From Myxococcota bacterium (GTDB taxonomy: Bacteria; Myxococcota; XYA12-FULL-58-9; JABJBS01): a stretch of 38,733 bases of DNA. Both the position numbers and the translations under genes were made by a program. The notes beneath the pieces are model-generated. The model was not told the origin of the DNA. It did not search any database and saw only the letters and a list, made by a program, of their open reading frames with translations. This document shows positions 19,370 through 30,571 of the stretch, piece after piece (positions within the stretch are counted from its first letter, which is position 1; each line of letters begins with the position of its first letter). The stretch is from contig JAYZAY010000027.1 in assembly GCA_036339465.1 (NCBI GenBank), positions 1-38,733 of the forward strand, read 5' to 3'.

Positions 19370-19657
19370 ATGAAATTTCGTCCGCTCCAAGACCGTATTT
19401 TGGTCAAGCGTATTGAGAATGAAGAGAAAACAGCTGGTGGAATCATTATTCCTGATTCGGCTAAAGAAAAGCCACAAGAAGGATTGGTTGTTGCGCTAGG
19501 TAATGGAAAGCGTCTCGACGACGGTACCCTACTTACTTTGGATCTTAAAAAGGGTGATCGTATCCTTTTCGGTAAGTACTCAGGTTCTGAAGTGACGATC
19601 GATGGGGACGAGCATCTGATCCTTCGTGAAGATGAGATCCTAGGTGTTATGGAATAG
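19370..19657 (+). CDS. groES: Co-chaperonin GroES
   Basis: [40 protein letters not shown]. Confidence 0.99.
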   Translation: MKFRPLQDRILVKRIENEEKTAGGIIIPDSAKEKPQEGLVVALGNGKRLDDGTLLTLDLKKGDRILFGKYSGSEVTIDGDEHLILREDEILGVME

Positions 19658-19709
19658 TACAGAGCTCTTAGTGGAGTGACGTACTAAAATTTATCTATTA
19701 ATTGGCTGA

Positions 19710-21368
<1,659 letters not shown>

Positions 21369-21393
21369 ATTAGTCCTTTCCTAGGTTTTATTG

Positions 21394-21426
21394 AAAAGGG
21401 TCCCGCTTGCGGGGCCCTTTTTTTTT
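21394..21426 (+). terminator. Rho-independent terminator of groESL
   Basis: AAAAGGGTCCCGC-TT-GCGGGGCCC followed by a T-run. Confidence 0.92.
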
Positions 21427-21529
21427 GTCGTTCTAAGGGGTCACGTTTAACGCTTGTAATCCTACGGGTTCTCAGGCAGTTTCTCAAAAAGATTAGGGCG
21501 CCTACACCAGGCCTACAAGCGAGATAGAG

Positions 21530-21775
21530 ATGGCAGATAAGAAAGAAATCGAAACCAGGGTCTGTGATATTATCGTCAAACAATTGGGTGTCGCGGTGAC
21601 AGAAATCGCTCCAGAAAAGTCATTTGTTGACGATCTTGGTGCCGATTCTTTAGATATCGTTGAATTGGTGATGGCCATGGAAGAAGAGTTTGGTTTTGAG
21701 ATTCCCGATGAGGAAGCGGAAAACATTCAAACGGTGGCCAACGCCGTTGAATATATCACCGGCAATCACCCCTAG
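21530..21775 (+). CDS. acpP: Acyl carrier protein
   Basis: [20 protein letters not shown]. Confidence 0.97.
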   Translation: MADKKEIETRVCDIIVKQLGVAVTEIAPEKSFVDDLGADSLDIVELVMAMEEEFGFEIPDEEAENIQTVANAVEYITGNHP

Positions 21776-21786
21776 GAGAAACCTAG

Positions 21787-22227
21787 ATGAAGGTCGCGAT
21801 TGCTTCTGATCATGGTGGCTTTACTTTACGCCATGTCTTAATGGAACATCTGAATTCCATTGCGGTCGAAGTTCTGGACCTGGGTTGTCGGAGTGAAGAG
21901 TCAGTCCATTACCCTGATTATGCTAGCGAATGTGCCCATACCATTTTGAAACACGATGCCGATATCGGTATTCTTGTTTGTGGTACGGGACTCGGTATGT
22001 CTATTGCCGCGAACAAGGTGGATGGCATCAGAGCGACTGTCTGTACGAGTGAATACATGGCTCGTATGGCAAGGGCTCACAACAACTCAAATATCCTTTG
22101 TTTAGGTGAAAGAGTCGTGGGATCTGGAATAGCGGTTGATATTGTTAATGCCTTTATTGAAACTCAATTCGAGGGTGGTCGACATCAACTACGTATAGAT
22201 AAAATTAGCCAATTGGAGCAGCCATGA
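21787..22227 (+). CDS. rpiB: Ribose-5-phosphate isomerase B
   Basis: [31 protein letters not shown]. Confidence 0.96.
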   Translation: MKVAIASDHGGFTLRHVLMEHLNSIAVEVLDLGCRSEESVHYPDYASECAHTILKHDADIGILVCGTGLGMSIAANKVDGIRATVCTSEYMARMARAHNNSNILCLGERVVGSGIAVDIVNAFIETQFEGGRHQLRIDKISQLEQP

Positions 22228-23489
22228 ATCCGTATTCTCATGTAAAGCAAAAGGACCCAGATATTTATAATGCCATTCGAGGTGAGCTGGAGCGTCAGTC
22301 ATCCGGGCTTGAGCTGATTGCGAGTGAAAACTTTGTAAGCCGTGCGGTCTTAGAGGTGGCGGGCACAGTTTTGACCAATAAGTATGCGGAGGGGCCTGCT
22401 GGTCGTCGTTATTATGGTGGCTGTGAGATGGTGGATGTCGCCGAATATCTTGCTTGTGACCGAGCTTGTGAATTGTTTGGTGCTGAGTACGCGAATGTGC
22501 AGCCACACTCGGGAACCCAGGCCAATATGGCTGTTTTTATGCATGCCCTTGAGGTGGGTGATACCATGCTGGCCATGGATCTCGATGCAGGAGGACATTT
22601 GACCCATGGCTCCCCTGTTAATTTTTCGGGGCGACTTTACAATGCAATTCAATATGGTGTGAGCGAAGAAGATGAGCGGATCGACTACGACCTTGTTCGT
22701 AAGCTCGCAGAAGAAAATCGTCCCAAATTGATTGTCGCTGGCGCAAGTGCCTACCCAAGAATTATTGACTTTGAATTTTTTGGAAAAGTGGCACGAGATA
22801 TTGGGGCTCGTTTGATGGTCGATATGGCGCATATTGCAGGCCTTGTGGCTGCTGGTGAACATCCGAACCCCGTGCCCCATGCTGATTATGTTACCACGAC
22901 AACCCACAAAACTTTACGTGGTCCTCGTGGTGGTCTTATTTTGGCTCGTGGTGAGTATAAAAAGGGATTGGACAGTGGGGTTTGTCCTCGTATCCAGGGT
23001 GGTCCATTGATGCATGTTATCGCAGCAAAAGCGACTGCATTTAAAGAAGCGTTGGAACCCGGTTTCAAGGATTACCAAAAGCAGATTAGGAAGAATGCGA
23101 CTGCTTTGGGTGAAGCAATGAGTTCGAAGGGATTCCGATTGGTTTCTGGCGGTACCGACAATCATTTAATTCTCGTAGATCTTCGTCCGAAATCAATGAC
23201 GGGTAAAGTTGCGGAGAAAGCTTTGGACAAGGCGGGAATTACCGTCAACAAAAATAAGGTTCCATTCGATCCGGAAAAGCCATTGGTTACCAGTGGGATT
23301 AGAATTGGTACGCCTGCTGTGACGACTCGTGGCATGGATGAAGATGCGATGGTAAGGATTGCGGGTCTTATTGACCAAGCACTTGAAGCGCCGCTTGACG
23401 ATTCGCACCTTGAGAGGGTTAAGGGCGAAGTGAAGAAGTTGGCGGCACAATTTCCTCTTTATCCTGATTTGCTTGAAACGATGAGCTAG
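22224..23489 (+). CDS. glyA: Serine hydroxymethyltransferase
   Basis: [36 protein letters not shown]. Confidence 0.98.
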   Translation: MNPYSHVKQKDPDIYNAIRGELERQSSGLELIASENFVSRAVLEVAGTVLTNKYAEGPAGRRYYGGCEMVDVAEYLACDRACELFGAEYANVQPHSGTQANMAVFMHALEVGDTMLAMDLDAGGHLTHGSPVNFSGRLYNAIQYGVSEEDERIDYDLVRKLAEENRPKLIVAGASAYPRIIDFEFFGKVARDIGARLMVDMAHIAGLVAAGEHPNPVPHADYVTTTTHKTLRGPRGGLILARGEYKKGLDSGVCPRIQGGPLMHVIAAKATAFKEALEPGFKDYQKQIRKNATALGEAMSSKGFRLVSGGTDNHLILVDLRPKSMTGKVAEKALDKAGITVNKNKVPFDPEKPLVTSGIRIGTPAVTTRGMDEDAMVRIAGLIDQALEAPLDDSHLERVKGEVKKLAAQFPLYPDLLETMS

Positions 23490-24312
23490 GGAGCTCTGGG
23501 CATTTGCCCAGGTGCCCAACCAAGTGCATGGTGTCATGAAGGCCAGGTTGTAGGAAAATCCTGCGAAGGTGTAGGCCTCTTGCAGGAGCGGTGGGGCCGG
23601 CTAGGGCTCTGTCTTCCGAGTCGAGTACGTGTTTGAGATGATGTATTGGCATCAAGCCAGAGGCAATCTCTGCTAAAGAACCTACTATAATTCTTACCTG
23701 TTTTCGGAGAAAAGATTCACCAGAAACGGCAATCGTGAATTCTTGGGTCCCATCGCTAAGTGTGATGCTTTTAGTTGTGACCGTGATCTTGCGATGGGTG
23801 TTGATCTCTGGGGCTCTGATAGCGGAGAAGGCTCTGAAGTTATGGTGCCCAGAAATTAACTTGGAAGCTTGCTGTAGTGAGTATGGATCCAGTGCGACTG
23901 CGATCGGCCAGTAGTTATCTGATGCCCACACGTCATTTTCCTGATTATCCTTGATAAGGTATTCATAGTGCTTGCTCAGCGCCAAATTCCGGGCATGAAC
24001 CGTTTTCGGGATCTCATGGAGTTGGATATATGTGAGTCCGGTTGGCAATGGATGGTCAGGTTCAAAATAAGAACAAAGTGGTTCTCTGAGATAGAAACTT
24101 GCGAAATTTTCATCGGCATGAACTTCGGCATCTGTTCGACTCGCAAATTGCAGTCCTCCTACTCTTTTCGTGCCAAGTCTTCGGAAACAGTCGAGTAGGG
24201 CATCCGTTACGGTGTATTGGTTCGGCTGGCGGATGACTCCCCGAAAGGCTTTTCCACAATAGCCAAATCTTGCTAGATAGTGATATCGGCCTTTTTCGTC
24301 TGGTGGGTACAT
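23419..24312 (-). CDS. truA: tRNA pseudouridine synthase A family
   Basis: [18 protein letters not shown] (catalytic Asp), [20 protein letters not shown]. Confidence 0.85.
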   Translation of the reverse strand: MYPPDEKGRYHYLARFGYCGKAFRGVIRQPNQYTVTDALLDCFRRLGTKRVGGLQFASRTDAEVHADENFASFYLREPLCSYFEPDHPLPTGLTYIQLHEIPKTVHARNLALSKHYEYLIKDNQENDVWASDNYWPIAVALDPYSLQQASKLISGHHNFRAFSAIRAPEINTHRKITVTTKSITLSDGTQEFTIAVSGESFLRKQVRIIVGSLAEIASGLMPIHHLKHVLDSEDRALAGPTAPARGLHLRRIFLQPGLHDTMHLVGHLGKCPELPSSSFQANQDKEEIVPPTSSLRP

Positions 24313-24343
24313 TACGCTAATTCAGTTAACAGATGGATTTATA

Positions 24344-25420
24344 ATGGAAAAGATTCGGCATAGCTCAACTGACCTGCTCGAATGGAATGAGGGTGTGGTC
24401 CCTCGGGTTCGGAAAGCTTTGCTGAAATATTATCTCAAACACCATCGTGATTTACCGTGGCGCCATACTCGCGATCCCTATGAAATTCTAGTTTCGGAAG
24501 TCATGCTACAGCAGACTCAGGTAAAGACTGTGGCACCACGGTATACAGAATTCTTGAGAAGGTTTCCAACTGTTGAAAGTCTTGCGGAGGCAAGTGAAGA
24601 GGTGGTGTGCGAATCTTGGGCGGGTTTGGGCTATTATCGAAGGGCAAGAAATTTACGTCGCGCGGCATCTCAAATTGTTGACGATTTTGAGGGTGAGTTT
24701 CCACAAACGGCCAAGGAGTTAGAAAAACTTCATGGCGTAGGTCGGTATACGGCGGGGGCTGTGGCGTCGATCGCTTTTGAACAGAATGCCCCCATTGTTG
24801 ATGGGAATGTGATTCGCGTTTTTACGAGGGTTTTTCGTTTTAATCTGCCGAAAGAAAACTCTCGGCTCTTAAAAACAATTTGGGCAATCGCTGAGGAGAT
24901 TGCTCAAGGCACGGCTCCAGGTCAGGTGAATCAAGCGATTATGGAACACGGAGCAACCATTTGTACGCCAGGGAAACCCGATTGCCGTAGCTGCTGTATC
25001 CAAAAATTTTGTGGGGCCTATTTGGAGGGCGAGCCTACTCGTTATCCTCTGAGCCTTCCCAAAAAGAAAAAGAAAAAATTAGCGGTGGCATTTGCTTGGT
25101 GTGAGCAAGACGGTAAGTTGCTCTTGGAGCAACGACCCGTGGATGGACTTTGGGCCGGATTATGGGAACCACCGAGTGCGGTTGAGAAGGACAAAAGCTC
25201 TGCCTTAAAAGTTCTACAATCGAGATTAAACACAACATTGAGGGGACCGATAGTAAAAGTGAAGCACCTACTCACGCACCGGGAGGTAACAGCTTTGGTT
25301 TATATTACGGACCGACCCGCAGGCTTGCGAAACCATGGCTGGTACGAAGAACCCCTTAAACAACCTCTAAGTGGTTTGGCGAAAAAGGCGATCATCGCTA
25401 TGGATGGAATTGAGGTATAG
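24344..25420 (+). CDS. mutY: A/G-specific adenine glycosylase
   Basis: LPWR, SEVMLQQT, GLGYYRRA, HhH-GPD VDGNV and the C-x6-C-x2-C-x5-C Fe-S motif. Confidence 0.96.
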   Translation: MEKIRHSSTDLLEWNEGVVPRVRKALLKYYLKHHRDLPWRHTRDPYEILVSEVMLQQTQVKTVAPRYTEFLRRFPTVESLAEASEEVVCESWAGLGYYRRARNLRRAASQIVDDFEGEFPQTAKELEKLHGVGRYTAGAVASIAFEQNAPIVDGNVIRVFTRVFRFNLPKENSRLLKTIWAIAEEIAQGTAPGQVNQAIMEHGATICTPGKPDCRSCCIQKFCGAYLEGEPTRYPLSLPKKKKKKLAVAFAWCEQDGKLLLEQRPVDGLWAGLWEPPSAVEKDKSSALKVLQSRLNTTLRGPIVKVKHLLTHREVTALVYITDRPAGLRNHGWYEEPLKQPLSGLAKKAIIAMDGIEV

Positions 25421-25437
25421 CCTTTATAGAACGACGA

Positions 25438-26091
25438 CTAGCTTGCTTGGATCTGTGGTTTTCGACAGAAGAAGCGTTCGCATTCCGTGATAAACCAGTC
25501 AGCCTGAGCAGGATCGTGAATATTGAATTCAGTCACATCGACCACCATAACATCGATTTTATGTTTGGCCCGAAGAGATGATGGTAGCGCTTGATAGTAA
25601 CCATTGAGTCCTTTAAGGAAATCTTCTCGAATACCCTGTTCCTCTTTACGGCCGCGCTTTCTTATCCTTGATAGTAGAACATTTTCATCATTACATTCGA
25701 AGCAGATGACCTTACTTGGTTGTCGAATACCCCGGTTCAACCGCTCGAAATATTCGAAATAGAGTTCGAGTTCATCATCACTCATGTATCCAAGGCCATG
25801 GAGATATTTCGCAAATATTTCAGGATCTTCCATCAGGGTTCGATCTTGAATACAGCTCTTGGGTACCGTGTCGATGAGTTCGTGATGCGCAACTCGCTTA
25901 ATAAGAAACTCCAGTTGCAGCGTGAACGACCAACGTTCCATATCGGAATAGTAGGGTTTGAGAAAACGGTTGTCGATCACGGGCTCGTCGAAGAGTTCAT
26001 AGCCGAAGTGTTTACTGATAAGCTTGGCTGCTGTGGTTTTGCCTGAGCCGATATTACCGGCCATCGCTACGAAATGTTTTAATTCACTCAT
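25438..26091 (-). CDS. Deoxynucleoside kinase
   Basis: P-loop AGNIGSGKTT, EPV, DRT and lid RIRKRGR. Confidence 0.92.
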   Translation of the reverse strand: MSELKHFVAMAGNIGSGKTTAAKLISKHFGYELFDEPVIDNRFLKPYYSDMERWSFTLQLEFLIKRVAHHELIDTVPKSCIQDRTLMEDPEIFAKYLHGLGYMSDDELELYFEYFERLNRGIRQPSKVICFECNDENVLLSRIRKRGRKEEQGIREDFLKGLNGYYQALPSSLRAKHKIDVMVVDVTEFNIHDPAQADWFITECERFFCRKPQIQAS

Positions 26092-26255
26092 AGCTGGGCC
26101 TTTTATCTCTAGCCATCGATGGGCTCAATACACGGTGTGTGATTGCGCTATGATTTACTTGGAGCGCAGGAATGGAAATGGTGCGGTGATGTGTTCGATT
26201 TCCGCTGGAAAAAACAATGCTCCTGAGTACTTAACACTGTTTTAATAGAAAAAGC

Positions 26256-26440
26256 CTTCCCCTTCTAGTATGCCTGGTGAGCGATCATTTGTTATGGTCA
26301 GCCGCTGGATGGGCTTCGAGCTATCCACCTCATTCATGCCAACCAGGGTTGATTTATTCGGGCCATTTTCAGATTAGACGTTCGGGTATTTCGGTGAAGC
26401 TGACAAAGGTGACCAGAGTGAAACTAATCGCTGTGGGGAG
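26256..26440 (+). ncRNA. Candidate structured RNA, unassigned
   Basis: Nested stems CTTCCC/GGGGAG, AGCGAT/ATCGCT, CATTT/GAGTG, TGGTCA/TGACCA and TGGATG/TATCCA in a ~660-bp gap with no convincing ORF. G-U pairs favour the + strand. Confidence 0.4.
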
Positions 26441-26756
26441 TGTGGCTATAGCCTTTCAAGGGTAGAATTGAGATTTTCTCTTGTAAAACCGATTATCTTG
26501 GGACACAGAATTAATTGAGTAGCGAATTGAGTTTATCCCGGCCATTTATTCATGGTGGTTTTAATGCCTATTTTGAAATTGGGATGGTGGTTTTGGGGAT
26601 AATTTTAGCATGCGTTTTGCGGCAGAAGGCATTACTAAGTGAATCGAGGGAGACCCGGATCTTTTGACTGGATTGATAGTGAGTTAGGAAAAGTAGACCA
26701 AATGGGGAAACCATCTTTAAATGGGGGGGAGTACCGCTTGTTGGAGGAAAGATCGT

Positions 26757-27536
26757 ATGAAGATTTGTGTTGTGGGTGGTTTGGGGCGGATGGGCTCGCT
26801 TGTTCGGGAGGTTACCAGAACTTCGGAACGGTTTGAGCAACGATTTGAAGTTGCAAGTATTCTAGATAGGACTGATGGGAACATTTCCGAGCCAGGGTTA
26901 AATGGGATCAAAATTACCGATGACGTTATTGATGCATTTGCAGATATTCATGGTGTGGTCGATTTTTCTGCGCCGGCGGCTTGTTGTAGGACCCTTCCTA
27001 TCGCTGTAGACCGGGGTATTCCTTATCTACTTGCATCCACGGGTTTAGCTCCAGAACACTACGGTACGATTGATATGGCCGCCAAAGCCATTCCCCTCTT
27101 GGTAGCTGCCAACTGTAGCTTGGGTGTTAATCTACTTTATGGGTTGGTGGCAAAGGCCGCTGCTGCTTTGCCGGATTTTGATATGGAAATATTTGAGATC
27201 CATCATCGTCACAAACGAGACGCACCTAGTGGTACGGCAAAATATCTAGGAGAAGCAGTTGTTGAAGGCCGTAAAGAACAAGGGGTCGCCCATACTTGGG
27301 GGAGGGTGGGTTTGAGTGAAGGTCGCCAAAAAGAAGAAGTTGGTTATGCTGCTTTACGGGGTGGCTCCGTTCCTGGTGACCATACAGTCTATTTATTTGG
27401 TGAAGATGAACGCTTGGAGCTCACCCACCAAGCACAAAGTCCCAGAATTTTTGCTGAAGGCGCCTTAAGTGCGTTGGGGTGGTTGGCGGACAAAGAGGCG
27501 GACTTATATGGTATGCGTGACCTCTTCTCCTTCTGA
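26757..27536 (+). CDS. dapB: 4-hydroxy-tetrahydrodipicolinate reductase
   Basis: GGLGRMG, DFS, EIHHRHKRDAPSGTA, LRGGSVPGDH. RBS GGAGG at 26743-26747. Confidence 0.96.
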   Translation: MKICVVGGLGRMGSLVREVTRTSERFEQRFEVASILDRTDGNISEPGLNGIKITDDVIDAFADIHGVVDFSAPAACCRTLPIAVDRGIPYLLASTGLAPEHYGTIDMAAKAIPLLVAANCSLGVNLLYGLVAKAAAALPDFDMEIFEIHHRHKRDAPSGTAKYLGEAVVEGRKEQGVAHTWGRVGLSEGRQKEEVGYAALRGGSVPGDHTVYLFGEDERLELTHQAQSPRIFAEGALSALGWLADKEADLYGMRDLFSF

Positions 27537-28092
27537 GCGACTCCATAAGCCGGTACATGCGTATATTGCAGCCGGCGGGAATTTGGGGCCTGTTCTAGAG
27601 CTTCTTGATTGGGTTAGGATTCAATTGGAGAACCGAACGAGGTCCTTGGTTAAGTGCTCTAGGGCTTACCGAACCCGTGCGCATGTTCTCCCTGGAGTGA
27701 GTGGTCCCGTGCCGGATTACTGGAATTGTGTTTTTGAGCTCGAAACGAGCCTACGTCCCCTTGTTTTATTGAAGTCCCTTTTGAAATTGGAGACTGAACA
27801 AGGACGTGTCCGTCTACATCGATGGGAACCTCGTGCGCTTGATTTGGATTTAGTGCTGTATGGGCAATGGACTGTGTGTCATCGGGATTTAGTTGTTCCT
27901 CATCCACGAATGTACGAGCGAAGGTTTGTCTTGGAACCGTTGCATGAACTCAATCCAAGGCTAACGATTCCCGGAGCACCCGGGACACTGAACTCACGTC
28001 TGGAACAATTAAGATTGACAGCCCCTGATGACATTCTGAATGTACGGGATTTTCAGTACCGACGTAAGGGGATGATTCTGAATACAGGTTAA
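27508..28092 (+). CDS. folK: 2-amino-4-hydroxy-6-hydroxymethyldihydropteridine diphosphokinase
   Basis: AYIAAGGNLG, RWEPRALDLDLVLY, VPHPRMYERRFVLEPL. Start is uncertain (27508 or 27517). Confidence 0.93.
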   Translation: MVCVTSSPSERLHKPVHAYIAAGGNLGPVLELLDWVRIQLENRTRSLVKCSRAYRTRAHVLPGVSGPVPDYWNCVFELETSLRPLVLLKSLLKLETEQGRVRLHRWEPRALDLDLVLYGQWTVCHRDLVVPHPRMYERRFVLEPLHELNPRLTIPGAPGTLNSRLEQLRLTAPDDILNVRDFQYRRKGMILNTG

Positions 28093-28164
28093 TCTTAAAG
28101 ATTACCAGAAGAGTACGAAAGAGCTATTCGCTGTTGGCGTAGCAAGTCCTTCTGAATCGGAGGC

Positions 28165-28557
28165 CTATGCTTCGATTGAGTTCTGTTTTCTTCGCGTAAC
28201 GAAGGGGATGAGCCCGAGTAGAAACCAAGGTAATATTGGAGCTTGTTGGCAACCACTCTCTTCGTCTGTTTCGGCTTGTCCCCTTGGCTGGTAGAAGTCG
28301 ATGTGGGTATCAGAGTCCAAAGCCCAGCCACTTTCACTGAACCACATCGATACGAGAAGATATAGCTCATTTTCGATGGACGTGAGACCTTCGGCAGGAA
28401 TGGAGAGTCCTCGGTTGCTTTCCACTTGTGAGTTGCGTTTTGATTTTTGACCTACGGTCCTCGCATCGGTAATGATACCTCCTCCAGCTAGGGCGGGGGC
28501 GGTAAAAGACAGGCCAAAGCATGTACAGAACAAGAGGATAATGGATTTCCTCAACAT
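28165..28557 (-). CDS. Small exported protein with MYXO-CTERM-like C-terminal sorting signal
   Basis: Signal peptide (..APALA) and C-terminus ESGCQQAP-ILPWFLLGLIPFV-TRRK (GC, hydrophobic helix, basic cluster). Confidence 0.7.
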   Translation of the reverse strand: MLRKSIILLFCTCFGLSFTAPALAGGGIITDARTVGQKSKRNSQVESNRGLSIPAEGLTSIENELYLLVSMWFSESGWALDSDTHIDFYQPRGQAETDEESGCQQAPILPWFLLGLIPFVTRRKQNSIEA

Positions 28558-29324
28558 GATTCACTCACTTCATCCACCACGCTGATTTTGGGCGACTCAC
28601 AACGCCAGTGGATAGCTACTGTTAGATGATACGGGATCGTGTCTGAAGTCTCTTCTGATTCGAGAAGTGCAAGCGCCCTTTCAAGCGTATCGAGACTCAG
28701 ACGATATCGATTAGAGTCGGCCAGACAATCGAATTGTGACATAATTGCCATGTCTTTTTCGTCACCGCTCACTTTTTGGAGAGAAGCTTCTTTTACCAAT
28801 TCTAGAATAGAATCGTTTTCGCTCAGGTTCTCTTTTTTATCCCGTGAAGTTCCTACTATTAAAACGGACTGGTGGTAAAGCCTAGTTTGAGCTGCAACAT
28901 TCGTAATTTTTAGAAGTTCTTCAAAGAGGCTCTGGAATTGGTTTGGCCGTAAGGCTCGAATGGTTGTGGGGCTTAACCGAAAGGTCTTGATCCATACCCT
29001 GGAAAGGCCGTGGCTTTCAGCCCCATGAAGGGAAGATAGCCCCGCGTTCAGAGATGGAAGAATGTACCGCTGGAGAAAGGTCATCATCCCCTCTTGTCGG
29101 ACCTGTTGATATGTCTCCGCAACCGCGAAGATTTTTCCGTCTTTCCCCTCTTGAATGAGGCCATTCCGAACGAGCCTCCCGAGCATATCGATGGAGCCCA
29201 GCCTTCCTAGGAGCTCTTGCTTGGACATGGGTGTTTCAAGGAGTGCTAAGATGAGCTCCATATTGTCCTGTAAAAGGTCGTATGCAAATTCTGACTCAAT
29301 GTTGAGTCTCTCAGCTGGCATCAT
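28551..29324 (-). CDS. Hypothetical protein with predicted N-terminal winged helix-turn-helix
   Basis: LILALLETPMSKQELLGRLG...LGRLVRNGLIQEGKDGKIFAV resembles ArsR-like wHTH domains. Overlaps both neighbours. Confidence 0.6.
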   Translation of the reverse strand: MMPAERLNIESEFAYDLLQDNMELILALLETPMSKQELLGRLGSIDMLGRLVRNGLIQEGKDGKIFAVAETYQQVRQEGMMTFLQRYILPSLNAGLSSLHGAESHGLSRVWIKTFRLSPTTIRALRPNQFQSLFEELLKITNVAAQTRLYHQSVLIVGTSRDKKENLSENDSILELVKEASLQKVSGDEKDMAIMSQFDCLADSNRYRLSLDTLERALALLESEETSDTIPYHLTVAIHWRCESPKISVVDEVSESC

Positions 29325-30535
29325 TTCCGTGCCTCGGGGAAAACTTCATAGTAAAGTTGGTGAGCAACGCTTTTTGGAGGCATCCTTGCAGAAGTTGTGC
29401 CAAAGTATTTACGGAAATCGGCCTGGGTTTCTGCACCCGAAACCAACCAGAGGGCAACTTTTGAAAGTCGGTGCATTCGTTCGCTGACCCGGCGATACGT
29501 TTTTTCGTCGGGACCGAGGTCGTCGAAAATACCCTGAACCGACTGTGTAAGCTTATTAAGGGTGTTTATGGAAATATCGTGATGTTTGGCCAATTCTATG
29601 AGTTTCGTTTTTGCGACGAGAAGATTGAATTCGCTCTCTAGCTCATCGACTTCCATCGCTTCTCGAGCGGACTTGGCAAATTGAAACTCGCGGTGGATGA
29701 ATGGGTGAACCATATGACTATCGAGTGCTTCCGGTAGGTCGTCGATGGCGCTGGCGAAAACCATGTCTCTGACGACTTCACGGAGTTTTCGAATACTAAC
29801 TTCGCTAGATCTAATAATGGCTGTTTCAATATCAGCCCTTGCTTGTCGAGTGAATCCGTAGAAATTTTTGGCCCCGAGATCTTCGGCGACTTCCCTGGCG
29901 AAGGCTTGCGATAATTCTGATATATCGTTACGACGCTCAAATAATGGGGGTAGTTGAATTTTTGCCGCAGCTCTATCGACGATATCCCTGCGGAACTCCC
30001 CTAGCTCTACCATTTCACGTAGATCGCGGTTTGTGGACAGAATGATCAATGCATCGCTTTGCTTTACTGTGTGATCGCCTACCGACCGATACTCTCGCTC
30101 TCCGAGAAAGCGTAAAAGTCTTGCCTGGTCTTGAGCCACCAAGGATTGGATTTCATCGAGCACCAGCGTGCCACCCTTTGCCTTGGCGACCAAACCGCCA
30201 TAGTCGCGATCTGCTCCGGTAAATGCACCTCTTTTATAACCAAAGAGTTGGCTTTCGAAAATGCCGTTTCCTAAATTGGCACAGTTCACCTCGACGAGCT
30301 CTCCGCCTCGTCCTAAGGCCTTTTTAGCTGCACGGTGACATGCGGACGCAATGACTTCCTTACCCGTCCCTGTATGCCCCGATAAAAGGACGACGTCTTT
30401 TGTCTTACGGAAGATAATCTTTGACGGAATTTCGCGCTTCAGATGCTCTTTTATATCCGAGCCGATGATACCTAGATCCGTGCAAACATCACCCACATGC
30501 GTGGATGCTTTATATGTGATAGTCCCCGAGTCCAT
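29321..30535 (-). CDS. Sigma54-dependent enhancer-binding protein (AAA+), no N-terminal regulatory domain
   Basis: Walker A GHTGTGKE at ~aa 53, VNCA, ESQLFGYKRGAFTGA, Walker B LVLDEI, STNRDL, FRRD. Confidence 0.93.
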   Translation of the reverse strand: MDSGTITYKASTHVGDVCTDLGIIGSDIKEHLKREIPSKIIFRKTKDVVLLSGHTGTGKEVIASACHRAAKKALGRGGELVEVNCANLGNGIFESQLFGYKRGAFTGADRDYGGLVAKAKGGTLVLDEIQSLVAQDQARLLRFLGEREYRSVGDHTVKQSDALIILSTNRDLREMVELGEFRRDIVDRAAAKIQLPPLFERRNDISELSQAFAREVAEDLGAKNFYGFTRQARADIETAIIRSSEVSIRKLREVVRDMVFASAIDDLPEALDSHMVHPFIHREFQFAKSAREAMEVDELESEFNLLVAKTKLIELAKHHDISINTLNKLTQSVQGIFDDLGPDEKTYRRVSERMHRLSKVALWLVSGAETQADFRKYFGTTSARMPPKSVAHQLYYEVFPEARK

Positions 30536-30571
30536 GAGAGGGATTTCGTCACACCTTGGCCTATAGAGTCA

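Noticed and set aside
26277..26465. 62-aa ORF in the kinase-dapB gap
   Set aside because: No RBS or recognisable features, and it coincides with the base-paired region.
26604..26621. TTAGCATGCGTTTTGC as a sigma54 promoter for dapB
   Set aside because: Has AG in place of the near-invariant -24 GG.
26256..26756. Lysine or THF riboswitch upstream of dapB-folK
   Set aside because: The conserved AGAGG...GCCGAA (lysine) and GCAGAGUA...GUUAAGUG (THF) motifs are not present.
28551..28556. Cys-TGA end of the 257-aa ORF as possible selenocysteine read-through
   Set aside because: The TGA is part of an ATGTTGA overlap with the next gene's start, which is ordinary translational coupling. I saw no SECIS-like hairpin or redox motif.
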